Source: Picochlorum sp. SENEW3 (taxonomy: Eukaryota). From it: 64,000 bases of DNA. Each line of letters begins with the position of its first letter. Position 1 is the first letter of the stretch. The translations under genes and the position numbers were made by a program. Positions 22,931-33,300 of the stretch are shown here, one piece after another. The notes beneath the pieces were generated by a model. The model did not search any database and was not told the DNA's origin. It worked only from the letters and a program-made list of their open reading frames with translations. Where the stretch lies: contig CP120459.1 in the NCBI GenBank assembly GCA_034226945.1, positions 992,001-1,056,000 of the forward strand. The letters are read 5' to 3'.

Positions 22931-25123
22931 CTACAGCAGGGAATGTTTGTCCAGGATAGACAATGCGTCCGAATGTGACTCCATGTTTTTTATATCATTG
23001 GCCAGTCTAATTGCATTGAGAGTGGAATATCTTTCATTCCTTCGCAATGTGCCTCCAGAATTAATGAGCCGCAGAATGGATGTGCCTCTGGTCACTACGC
23101 ATTGAGGCAATATGCCTTCAGTGCAGCCATTATTGGCTTCCTGTACGTCATTGTTGCGTGCTTTCACTTTGTATAAATATATTATACTTGAAGACGTGTC
23201 AGAAGGCGCAATTTTGTGCAGTACAGTCTCCATGAAGAGCACTTTGCAACTAGTGGTGGCCTCGTGACTCAGAGACTCCAGCAAAAGGTCACCCATATGA
23301 GTGGCGAAGAACACAACTGGTGGATTGCCCGCATGAAATTGTGCAAAATATTGTATGATACCAGATGTCAAAGATATCCCATCGCAAGACAAGGTTTCTT
23401 TGCCGAACTCATCAATCACAACCAGAGATTTGCTGGAACAGTATGCCATCATGTCAGATACCCTGCGGACACTCTGGCTGAAGGATGAATCACTGAGGGA
23501 CTCTGCAGCCCCCATTTTAATGAATATCCTATCCATTTGAGGAATAATCGCTCTCTGAGCTGGCACAAAACACCCTATATGGGCAAGAAACGAAATGATT
23601 GAAATTTGCTGCAGGTACGAAGTTTTGCCTGAATCCAAAGGTCCGGTGACCACATGTATTCTTTGGGTCACAGAAACTTCTGTATCATTTGAGATATAAT
23701 TCACAGACTTCTTGCGAATGAATGGATTCCAGCCATTCTTGATGACGAATTCATCATCCGTCTCGCTGTACTCTGGACGGTTGAAGTTGTGTTCAGCACA
23801 AAGCTTGGCCAGACTGAGTAGGCAATCAATATCTGCAATGTTTTGCATGACATCCGCAAGTATATTCTCTATTTGTAAGAGTTTGCTCAGTAACTTGTTG
23901 CATATGGCGGCTTCCAAGTCGCATATCCTTGGGAGCACATGATCAATTCTCCTATGCACTTCGTTGCTCACCTCTGTGGAATACAACGCCCCTTGATAGA
24001 TGCTCGATCCAAGCGCCCCAGGCTCAAACGCCAACTCCCAGTCTGGAAGACAATCATAAATATACGATGGCACTATACCTTCCGGACAATGCATGAAGAC
24101 TCCAACCTGATGAATATGGACCATTTCCCACTCATATGTCCCATGGCGCAAAACTTTAGGCAATCTATCCCTCTGAAACACAGTCAGATGTCTCATTAGA
24201 TCTTGAGTGCCAAAAAAAGAAGCCTTCAAATCGTCCAATTCCTCGCTGACTCCATAATGAATGCACATGCCTTCCTGGACTTGCTCTTGATCCACTACTT
24301 TGTCAATCAAGCAGGATGCATGATGCAATTGCTCTTCAGCATCTCGTGATTCCAACACAAGAGCCGAAGCATTCTCACTAAAATTTGAGGCCAAGTATGC
24401 CACGAGCTCCAAGAGACACACTAGAGACTCTTTCAATTTGGTGAAATCTCTTGCATGACTCTTCGGATTCGGCAGCGACTGAGTCTTCCACATCTTTTGA
24501 AGCACGTCCAATGGATTTCCTACCTTCTTGATTAGTCTTTGAGCATCAGAAAAGCAATACCTATTCTTATACAAGGATTCAATCTGATCCAAGCGCTGGA
24601 CACGAGCCTCTTTTGTCTTCAAAGGAAACAGAAGCAATTCTTTCAAACGCTTCTTCCCTTGCACAGTCATACAATGTCCCTTGCATATGTCGAAAATGTT
24701 TCCCCCCTCCTTGATGCCAGGCATGATCCCCATGGCACACAAAGATTCTTTGTCAGCCATGAGACACCCGTCTATTTGTGTCTGTGTGACTGGCACTTCC
24801 CCAGGTTCCTCATTGCTATTCACCATAGATTTAAGTGCGTGCACAGCACTGTGTATACCAGAGGTATCTTTTTGCTGGACGACGATTCGAACGTTCTGAT
24901 CAAGTTGTTTGATACATTCTATCCACTTGTTTGGAAAACAGCCAAACAAGTGTATCTCTCCTGCCTGAATCATCGATTGCAACTCCCTCATCCAATTCAC
25001 AAATACAGTCGTTGAATCGTACATGACCACATGAGTTGTCTGGATATCTTCACCATTCGCCCAAGCGATATCAATCTCTCTACCATGATCTGTCACGAAG
25101 AAACAAGCTACGGTTTGGCTCAT
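22931..25123 (-). CDS. MSH5: MutS homolog 5 (meiotic MutS-gamma subunit), intronless
   Basis: MutS ATPase region VVTGPLDSGKTSYLQQI, LAHIGCFVPA, DRIF, SLVVIDEFGKET, FATH; no mismatch-binding domain I; DEFGK is the MSH5 signature. Confidence 0.85.
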   Translation of the reverse strand: MSQTVACFFVTDHGREIDIAWANGEDIQTTHVVMYDSTTVFVNWMRELQSMIQAGEIHLFGCFPNKWIECIKQLDQNVRIVVQQKDTSGIHSAVHALKSMVNSNEEPGEVPVTQTQIDGCLMADKESLCAMGIMPGIKEGGNIFDICKGHCMTVQGKKRLKELLLFPLKTKEARVQRLDQIESLYKNRYCFSDAQRLIKKVGNPLDVLQKMWKTQSLPNPKSHARDFTKLKESLVCLLELVAYLASNFSENASALVLESRDAEEQLHHASCLIDKVVDQEQVQEGMCIHYGVSEELDDLKASFFGTQDLMRHLTVFQRDRLPKVLRHGTYEWEMVHIHQVGVFMHCPEGIVPSYIYDCLPDWELAFEPGALGSSIYQGALYSTEVSNEVHRRIDHVLPRICDLEAAICNKLLSKLLQIENILADVMQNIADIDCLLSLAKLCAEHNFNRPEYSETDDEFVIKNGWNPFIRKKSVNYISNDTEVSVTQRIHVVTGPLDSGKTSYLQQISIISFLAHIGCFVPAQRAIIPQMDRIFIKMGAAESLSDSSFSQSVRRVSDMMAYCSSKSLVVIDEFGKETLSCDGISLTSGIIQYFAQFHAGNPPVVFFATHMGDLLLESLSHEATTSCKVLFMETVLHKIAPSDTSSSIIYLYKVKARNNDVQEANNGCTEGILPQCVVTRGTSILRLINSGGTLRRNERYSTLNAIRLANDIKNMESHSDALSILDKHSLL

Positions 25124-25416
25124 ACTTCCGAAAAATCGAATGTGAAGTTCGTAAACTCCTCGCACATGACACAGTTATGTGCATGGATATAATTTCAAAA
25201 TATTCATCTGGATAGGTCCGGTATTCAATCCAGAAAGAGGAAAGAAGACGGACGTCGTCATGCAGGGCACCGCCCATGCAACAACACATGGGCAGTGGGT
25301 CGCCCATCCAAGGCAATCCTCGATAGGATGGCATACCAACCACTACAATGCTGCCACCTATCCCATCAAAGAAGTGATTTGATAGAGACTCTTGAGGATA
25401 GAATAGGGCTGAAGCG

Positions 25417-25435
25417 GATAAGATGGCCCACGTGG
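25417..25435 (+). promoter_or_regulatory. Adjacent I-box (GATAAG) and G-box (CCACGTGG) upstream of FNR
   Basis: GATAAG 25417-25422 and CCACGTGG 25428-25435; resembles the light-responsive I-G module of plant rbcS promoters. Confidence 0.45.
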
Positions 25436-25679
25436 TATGAGTGACACGCCACATTTACTTCAGTCTATTCTTAGAAATCTGGTACATTTTAATAGGTAGG
25501 TAGTTGGTAGCTTGCTTGTGGTCTCCTTCTAGGCACTCTCGAGGGCCACCCGTCCGCGTGCAACGTCAATGGAAGGAGGTCTACCCGGCGATCCCAGCCA
25601 GTGATTTCCTCTTGATAAATATTGAGGCCTAGATGGATAACAATCATATATATATGTGCAGATCTTTTGAATCGAGAAG

Positions 25680-26948
25680 ATGAACGCCGCTGTTGTTCAA
25701 CGCCCAAGCGTCAAGGTATGAATGTGGCCAGAGCCGCTGTTGTTGGAGTTTGGGTCCGAGGGGGCTGGGAGATGGCGATGTGGACTTTGCAGTCTCCAAT
25801 ATCCTTTTTGGAAGAACTTCAATCACCATTCTGGTAGAATTGTAGTCTACATGTCCATAGTCGTCGTCTCCTGTCGGGAAGTGTGAGGGCCAGACGTGTC
25901 CTGCTCAAGTTCTCGTGTCTCACATGGATCTGTTTGATTGTTGCAGGCTGTTTTCGCCTCAAAGCCATCTGCCAAGCGCACCTCTGTGCGATCTGCAGTC
26001 CGTGCTGCTGCCACAGAAGTGAAGCGTGCCGATGTGCCTCTCGAGTTGGAGGAGATTGGTCTTCCAATGAACACCTTCAACCCAAAGAAGCCATTTACCG
26101 GAAAGATCAAGTCCGTTGAGCGTATTGTCGGTCCAAATGCAACTGGTGAGACGTGCCACATCATCATTGAGACTAACGGTGACATCCCATTCGTCGAGGG
26201 TCAGTCATATGGAGTGATCCCACCAGGAACCAAGGTGAACTCCAAAGGAAAGGAGGTTCCTCACGGAACTCGTCTCTACTCTATCGCATCCACTAGATAC
26301 GGAGATAGCTTCGACGGACAGACCGCCTCTTTGTGTGTTCGTCGTGCCACCTACTGGTGCCCAGAGCTTGGAAAGGAGGATGCAGCCAAGAAGGGAATCT
26401 GCTCCAACTTCTTGTGTGATGCTACCCCAGGAACCGAAATCACCATGACCGGACCAACCGGAAAGGTTCTCCTCCTTCCAGAGGATCCAAATGCCGTGGT
26501 TATCATGGTTGCAACAGGAACTGGAATTGCTCCATTCCGTACCTTCTGGCGCAGAATGTTCATGGAGAATGTGCCAAACTACAAATTCACTGGACTTGCA
26601 TGGCTTTTCATGGGTGTTGCCAACTCTGACGCCAAGTTGTACGATGATGAGATCCAGTCCATTGCTGCAACATACCCAGATCAGTTCAGAATTGATTACG
26701 CCCTCTCTAGAGAGCAGACCAACAAGAGTGGTGGAAAGATGTACATTCAGGACAAGGTCGAGGAATATGCTGATGAGATCTTTGACCTCATGAAGAATGG
26801 AGCTCACATGTACTTCTGTGGACTCAAGGGAATGATGCCTGGTATCTTGGAGATGCTTGAGCGTGTTGCCACAGAGAAGGGTCTCAACTGGTCTGAGTTC
26901 TACGAGGGACTTAAGCACAACAACCAGGTCCACGTTGAGGTTTACTAA
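25680..26948 (+). CDS. FNR: Plastid ferredoxin-NADP+ reductase; exons 25680-25715 and 25947-26948
   Basis: [35 protein letters not shown]-terminal HVEVY; exon 1 [12 protein letters not shown] splices in frame. Confidence 0.99.
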
Positions 26949-27036
26949 TTAATTTGAATATGCACATTCTATTTTCGCCGTGTTGGCAAATTTATCCTAA
27001 AGTGTAACATGTGGAGCATGTATTAGAGATTCGTAA

Positions 27037-28317
27037 TCATGGCATAGCCAACCTCAGAAACTCCTCCCGTTGCTGTTGCAAGCTGAAGGTGCTGTGGTCG
27101 TATACGTCGTCGAAAAGGCTCACAGGTGACAAAGGTGGCTCCTTCTCTGCCCTGCGAATTGCCTCTCGTGCCTCTTCTACTCCGCGCTGGAAGAGCTCTG
27201 TGTCATCATCATCATCAATACCCTGACACAATTGGCTTCCATACGTCTTCAAAAAGCATTTCAGTCGAAAGAGAGGATCGCCCACCTTCATACTCTGCTC
27301 CAACAATGTTGTCGGCATATATCTTGTACAGTCATCAGATGTCGAATGGTCGCCCAGCCTGTGTGACAGCAGTTCCAGTAGAACAGGCAATCCAGTTGCT
27401 GAAACATACTCTCGGGCCATTCTTGTTGCCAAATAGACAGCCCTTGCGTCCCCTCCATCCACTCGACAAGATGCGATTCCATATCCAGAAGCTCTCGAAA
27501 CAATACCGTCCCCTCTATATTGCTCGTTGGCCGAAGTGCTGATGGACCATCCGTTGTTTCTACAAATGAACAATACTGGACATTCCAGTGTGGATGCAAA
27601 GTTCAATGCAGCGTGAAAATCCCCTTCAGAAGCTGCGCCTTCTCCAAAGAAGCAGCATGATATATTTTTTTCTTGCGAAAGCTTTAACGAGTACGAAAAT
27701 CCCACGGCATGAAGGAGTTGCGTTGCCAGTGGAGACGACACTGTGTGGAAGTTTCTGGTCTTGTCTCCATAGTGAACCGGCATCTGCCTCCCTTTCCCTG
27801 CATCCTTCCTGGTCCCACAGCACTGATGGGCCATATCTTCCATAGATGTCCCTCGCCAGAGCAACGCACCATGTTCACGATACTGAGAAAATATGTGATC
27901 ATTCCCCTCCAATGCTGCCGCACTGGCCACAACTGCAGCCTCCTCCCCTCTTGACTCCATGAAGAAAGAAAGCCTACCTTGTCTCTGAGCTACCTTGAAT
28001 GTTTCGTCAAAAGCTCTCAAACGAACCATAGTTTCAAAAATCTTGCGCAGCACCGCCATATCCATATCATACTTGGCAATACTGATGCCATCCTGGGTAA
28101 TTGTTTGGAACGCCTGGACAACAGAGTCGCAGTGATCTATGCTCAAATGGGCTGTTATTGGATACTTTCCAGAGGGATGAGACATCATCGCTGAAGTTTC
28201 CACCGTCTCAAGACTGTCAACCATGGACGAAAACCAATGCGGTGCCCCATGGTAACAACTCTGGAGTGATCTTTTGTTCAACACCCTCCTTAATGGAGAA
28301 TACAGCGTACCAAGCAT
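27037..28317 (-). CDS. BCKDHA: Branched-chain 2-oxoacid dehydrogenase E1 alpha subunit
   Basis: QRQGRLSF, FSQYREHG, GRQMPVHYG, TVSSPLATQ, GEGAASEGDFHAALNFA, CRNNGWSIST, HSTSDD; start uncertain. Confidence 0.95.
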   Translation of the reverse strand: MLGTLYSPLRRVLNKRSLQSCYHGAPHWFSSMVDSLETVETSAMMSHPSGKYPITAHLSIDHCDSVVQAFQTITQDGISIAKYDMDMAVLRKIFETMVRLRAFDETFKVAQRQGRLSFFMESRGEEAAVVASAAALEGNDHIFSQYREHGALLWRGTSMEDMAHQCCGTRKDAGKGRQMPVHYGDKTRNFHTVSSPLATQLLHAVGFSYSLKLSQEKNISCCFFGEGAASEGDFHAALNFASTLECPVLFICRNNGWSISTSANEQYRGDGIVSRASGYGIASCRVDGGDARAVYLATRMAREYVSATGLPVLLELLSHRLGDHSTSDDCTRYMPTTLLEQSMKVGDPLFRLKCFLKTYGSQLCQGIDDDDDTELFQRGVEEAREAIRRAEKEPPLSPVSLFDDVYDHSTFSLQQQREEFLRLAMP

Positions 28318-28577
28318 GACATAGCTTTGAATACATCTATCGTGATGATTCGAAGATGGAACAGTCATGGTGACATTGACCATTCCGAATCCGACAGATG
28401 TCAAAAACAACCAGTCAACTTGCCTCGAAAGTGGCGCCTTCCGAAGGGGGATTCCGGTAGACGTCGAAATTTAAAAAAGTGCTGCTCAAACGGACTGAAA
28501 TCATCTTGTTGATGATTTAATAATCATTATTATTATCAATATCCCTTTGAATCAGGTTGTCCACCACCTCAGTAGTT

Positions 28578-29756
28578 ATGTTTCAAAGCATCTCGCGCCA
28601 TTCTGTCAACCAGGTTTCTGTGAAGCACACAAAAGCTTCCTTTTGGTCGTTTCATAGATACAATCTTGTACGTAAACCCAAACTATTGATGCCTATTAGT
28701 CGCGCCGTGGAGGACATTGAGGCTACTGCAACCGACGTTGGACCAAGACTGCATCTCCACGTTACTGTGCCTTTGTCAGTGAATTTTGGCGAACATCTCC
28801 GCCTAGTAGGATCTTGCCCAGAACTCGGTGAATGGGATGTGAACAGTGCCCCTCAATTTCGTTGGACGGCTGGTGATCTGTGGCAACTTGATGTTGATTT
28901 TGCTCCTGGCCTGGAACCAACTGAGTTTAAGCTGGTTCATGTCCTTTGGACTGGTGAATGCATTTGGGAATACACAAATAATAGGACACTAGATGTTTCG
29001 GACATGGATGCAATGAAGGATGGCCGTGTGATGTTGAAATGGTGTGATGAGTCGGAGGATGCAATGACCATTTACCCAGAGCATATGAGCACCATTGCGT
29101 CGTGGGACGAGGATGATACGCCTCTGGCGACTGGATTTGATGATGAGGATACCGCCACGTCATTTACTGAAGATATGGTGAGTACAGAAGATGTGGCTGG
29201 TGGCGACAACGAACCAATTGAGATGATTGGCACCCTTGAGGAACCCAACCAAACAGATGAATTGGTTGAGGATTCAGATGTAATGATCGAGGAAGAGAAA
29301 GATGATACGATTAAGAATGATGATACAGAATCAGTTACTTCGGAAACAGTACAAGATAATGAATCCAATCAGAAAGCTTTCAAGAAGGTCGCAACAACAG
29401 CTGGAATGGTGGCTGCAGGGGTTGCTGGCGCAGCCTTGCTTGGAGGCCTTGCGGTCGATATGGCTGACACTGCGGTTTTGGGAGCATTCGCTGTCGCCGC
29501 TGGCAGCGCTGCCTTTGGCCCCAAGTCGGCGAAGAAGAATCAGAAGACAGACACAGTTCTGGATGAGACTGACACACTTCCAACCCCTTCTGAGGGCGAT
29601 GAGGAAGAGAAAGACAGAACAATCACAGAACCTGGCACAATCATCGCCGCTGGATTGCTCTCAGCCTTTGAGCAAGGCGCCAAGGTTGTCAACGCCACCA
29701 GTCCAGAGCAGCGTGCAAGTGACCTCCCAAAGGATGACGACTCGGACCTCCAATGA
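28578..29756 (+). CDS. CBM20 starch-binding domain protein with C-terminal membrane segment
   Basis: VNFGEHLRLVGSCPELGEWD...WTAGDLW..EFKLV..WEYTNNR; acidic linker; hydrophobic Ala/Gly-rich segment. Confidence 0.85.
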   Translation: MFQSISRHSVNQVSVKHTKASFWSFHRYNLVRKPKLLMPISRAVEDIEATATDVGPRLHLHVTVPLSVNFGEHLRLVGSCPELGEWDVNSAPQFRWTAGDLWQLDVDFAPGLEPTEFKLVHVLWTGECIWEYTNNRTLDVSDMDAMKDGRVMLKWCDESEDAMTIYPEHMSTIASWDEDDTPLATGFDDEDTATSFTEDMVSTEDVAGGDNEPIEMIGTLEEPNQTDELVEDSDVMIEEEKDDTIKNDDTESVTSETVQDNESNQKAFKKVATTAGMVAAGVAGAALLGGLAVDMADTAVLGAFAVAAGSAAFGPKSAKKNQKTDTVLDETDTLPTPSEGDEEEKDRTITEPGTIIAAGLLSAFEQGAKVVNATSPEQRASDLPKDDDSDLQ

Positions 29757-29906
29757 TAGCATGCACAGGGCCTCCCCTAATATGGTAGAGTATCAAGTTA
29801 TGTAATAGAAAGAATCGTGTGCCAAAAACAACCATGCACGTACGTGAGAAGGGATTTTCCATGTCGGCATGCAAGGTTGTACGACGACGCCCCTAGGGCT
29901 TTTGAA

Positions 29907-29928
29907 GATTCCCGGTCGACCGGGAATC
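29907..29928. repeat. Perfect 22-nt palindrome
   Basis: GATTCCCGGTCGACCGGGAATC equals its own reverse complement. Confidence 0.95.
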
Positions 29929-30364
29929 ACCAGCCTGGGGCCGTCCTAGGGGGATTCCGCTCGACAACATTGGAAGTGCCAACCAAATCATCACATTCTT
30001 CCATCCCTCGATTCCGCTACTTCCCCCATGAGATTATTTACACAAATCAATTCGCAAATTTCACAATTGCCAGTGCAGGGAATGGATATAGGTGAAGACC
30101 TCGTACGACAAACGAAGTCTCATTATCCAACGCAAGTGGCATAGGTGTGCGTATCTCTTCCACATCTGAACCACAGTTGATACTATATTTCATAGTTGAT
30201 TATAATTGAGGGTAGGTGCATTTCATTTGTGACCACAACCCCGAGAAACGGTTACGCCCTTTTGCATAGAACAGGATTTCACTTGCTATTTTCTGTCCGC
30301 AGGAATTGATCTATGATGGCAAGAGCCATTTAAATTTAATTACATAGAGTTTCTTGAGCAATCG

Positions 30365-33300
30365 ATGAGAGAGATGAGTGGCAAAGGAACTCTACAGAAA
30401 GGGTCGCCGGGCGAGGGACAGCAATTTCAGCCTCCGGCACGGTCGACCGATAAAGCGACCAAGAGGCCGGCACCATCCAGCCATACTCAGAATAATAAGC
30501 CAACCGTGACAGAGAACAAACAGGATGGGGGGCAGCAGGAACCAGTCGACTCCGTGCGAGCTCAGGCTGTGCCAACACCGAGGCCAGGTTCCTATGCTCC
30601 TCCCGGCGGATTTGCCCAAAGGCAAGAGGGATGGAGCAGGCCAATTCCACGGCATGGGTCGAACTACAGCTTCTCTCCCTTGGGTATGTACGGCCATAGC
30701 TTTGGGTCCGAGGGCATGATGGAGTATGAGCAATCAGTGTATGGGCCTTACCCCCTGCTGCCTGGCCAGTCTCCGCCTGGCCATAGACGTGCGGCGAATG
30801 ACGCACGACGGGGTGATATGAGATTTGGCAGTCTTCTTGGGATGAATAGCATGGGTGGTGGCCCTGACCACAGGACAGGGGGAATGTTGGGTAAGATGCC
30901 AAGAATGGGTCTGCATTCTCTCAACCTTCAGGGCAACATGTCAGGGCTTTCAGCAACAACTGCAGCTTGGTATGAGAGGAGTGCTGCGAGTTATGAGAAA
31001 TCAAAGGAGATATTCGATTACATGTCGAAACGCTGTGATGCTAATGACTGCACTCACGTTGATCAGGAGAAGTTGGTGACCATTACGAAAGAAAGGACTG
31101 TGCGCCAACTTGATTTCAATGCAGCTTCTCAAGCTATGAATGCGATCATAATCGCGGAGAAGAAATGGAGTACTGAGCCCCATGGAGATGGCTTTAGAAC
31201 GTATGCAAAGGATATTCGAGCGCTGATTGAGCACAACTCTATTGATGCCATGCGCATCATGTATCCCATGTCAGAAGACGCCGGTCCTCAGTGCGAAGCA
31301 CAGATTATTGCTGAGACAGTCGAGGAAGCAGGCAAGAGAGCAGCCTTCATGAAGGAGTACGCGGAGAATACTGCACAAGCATATGGGATACCTTTGAACA
31401 CGCCAGCTGATGCCTTCTTGGAGTGTGCCGAGCAGTATTATCTGTCAGAGAATTCTGACGGTACGTATATGGTACCTTCCCCTGGAACTGAAGCGCATTT
31501 GGGGAGATTCAGGGACTTTTCGCAGACATTCAGCGGCTACTTCCCAAGGCATGATCATGGCAAGAATGGGACGCCCAAGGCAGAAACGAGTCTTGCGCAG
31601 TTTGCAAAAGCAATCATGCCAAAAGATAATGGCACTGAAATGGGAGAAAAGTTTTTGCACGCTCAAGGTTGGAAGACAAAGCCTGCACCAATCAACGCGC
31701 ATGTTCTGATGAAGGAGCGGCAACCACAGGCATCAGCCATGTCTTTTGATGTTCGCTCCAGTCAGTGGTGGAATCCAACACAGGATGGGTTTTCACCAAA
31801 GGTTGATTCGTTCGGGCAGCCGGGAAATCCTGTGTGGGGGATGAACGATGACCTCTTCCAGAGTGGATTCCAGGATGGTTTGGAGGAGCTAAGCTCAGGT
31901 GTGCCAAAGGATTTCAATCAAATAATTCAAGCCGCAGAGAAAACCTCAAGTTCAAAAGGTGGAGAAAGGTCTAAAGCACCGTTGGATTTGGAGCAAGATA
32001 CATGTGGCCAGCAACCTAGCCCACCAGCTCCTCTCTGCTACTGTGGTCAGCGATGTACAAAGAAGCGCAACACACAAGGGTTTTTCTGGGGCTGTGCTTC
32101 TTGTGCATGTGAGGCACAAATACCGATTATGCAGGGCAAAATGGCTGACAAATCCGGAAATCCTGGTTTAAAACATCATATGACGGTGCATGGGCGTGAG
32201 ACACAGGCACCTCAACGCCTTGCTGCTGACGAGACGACGTCAAAGACATGCGTCGATGGCGAAAACGAGAGAAATGGGACTCAGAAGCCTAAAGGAGCAG
32301 GCAGAGTGGCACTCACATCGTCGCTGCCGAATAAACTTCCAAACAGCCTTGATTCTTCTGGGATCAAAGAGTCTGGCACAACATATCGGGTCAACTCTGA
32401 ATCTTTTCCACTTCAGCCATGCAAGAGAAAAGACTATTGCGTTAAATCCGCTGGTCATCGTGGTGGGTGTAGTAAAGGTCGACCAAGAAGACCTGTTGGA
32501 AGACCTAGAAAAAAGCCAAAAGTACAGAATGGTGCAGATGATACCGGTGCAATTCTAAGCATGGATAAGGGCGCACCTTTGCCTCATGAAGAACTCATTC
32601 TGTCAAGGCCAGAAAATCCATCAAAAGGGGGTCCCAGGAACAGCAAGTCGTCCCAGGCAACGGAAAGTATCAGGAAGGCTGCAGATAAAATGGAGGACAG
32701 AGGGAAAACTGAATCCCCCAAGATTGGAAAGAATTTGGAAGTGACGTCAAAATGGGCAAATGAGGCGAACCATACTACATCAAGCCGTGATGTCTCAAAT
32801 GAGAGCGATCCTGATTACACTGAAGGACAAAGTGGGGATCAGGTCACTCCACAAAAAGTGGAGCAGCAGCAGCAGCCGCCAGGAGATTATAATTCGTTGC
32901 TGATGGAGGCAATCCAGAAGGAAAGAGAAGCGATTCCTGTAGAGCTCCGCTGCATTAGGAAGCCAACATGTCTTAACATCAGAGGACATCGAGGCCGGTG
33001 TAGGTTGCGGCCTGGTGGTTTTCCTGCAAAGAAGAACAAAGGTGCATCTAATGCACAAATAGAAGCTTTGATCGAGGAGATGACAAAGCAAACTTCCCCA
33101 GAAGCTTTTAGTGAAGAGAAGACAAAGCAAACTTCCCCAGAAGCTTTTAGTGAAGAGAAGACAAAGCAAACTTCTCCAGAAGCTTTTAATGAGGAGAACA
33201 GGAAGAAAGCACCTGAAGTAGGCGCCAAAGGTAAAATAGGCCCTGAACCTGTTTCAAAATCTCCAGATTTGCCAGCAGTCTTGACAAGTAATTCTGATGA

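Noticed and set aside
25080..25454. 124-aa ORF as an extra MSH5 exon or separate gene
   Set aside because: MSH5 has a plausible N-terminus from 25123; this ORF has no motifs and overlaps the structured promoter region.
25496..25946. TPP riboswitch in the FNR introns
   Set aside because: The CUGAGA and GAUC..UAAU aptamer motifs are absent and FNR is not a thiamine gene.
26205..26933. 242-aa ORF antisense to FNR
   Set aside because: Same codon-bias shadow effect.
33082..33198. CRISPR-like repeat array
   Set aside because: Units are contiguous without spacers, in frame within a eukaryotic CDS.
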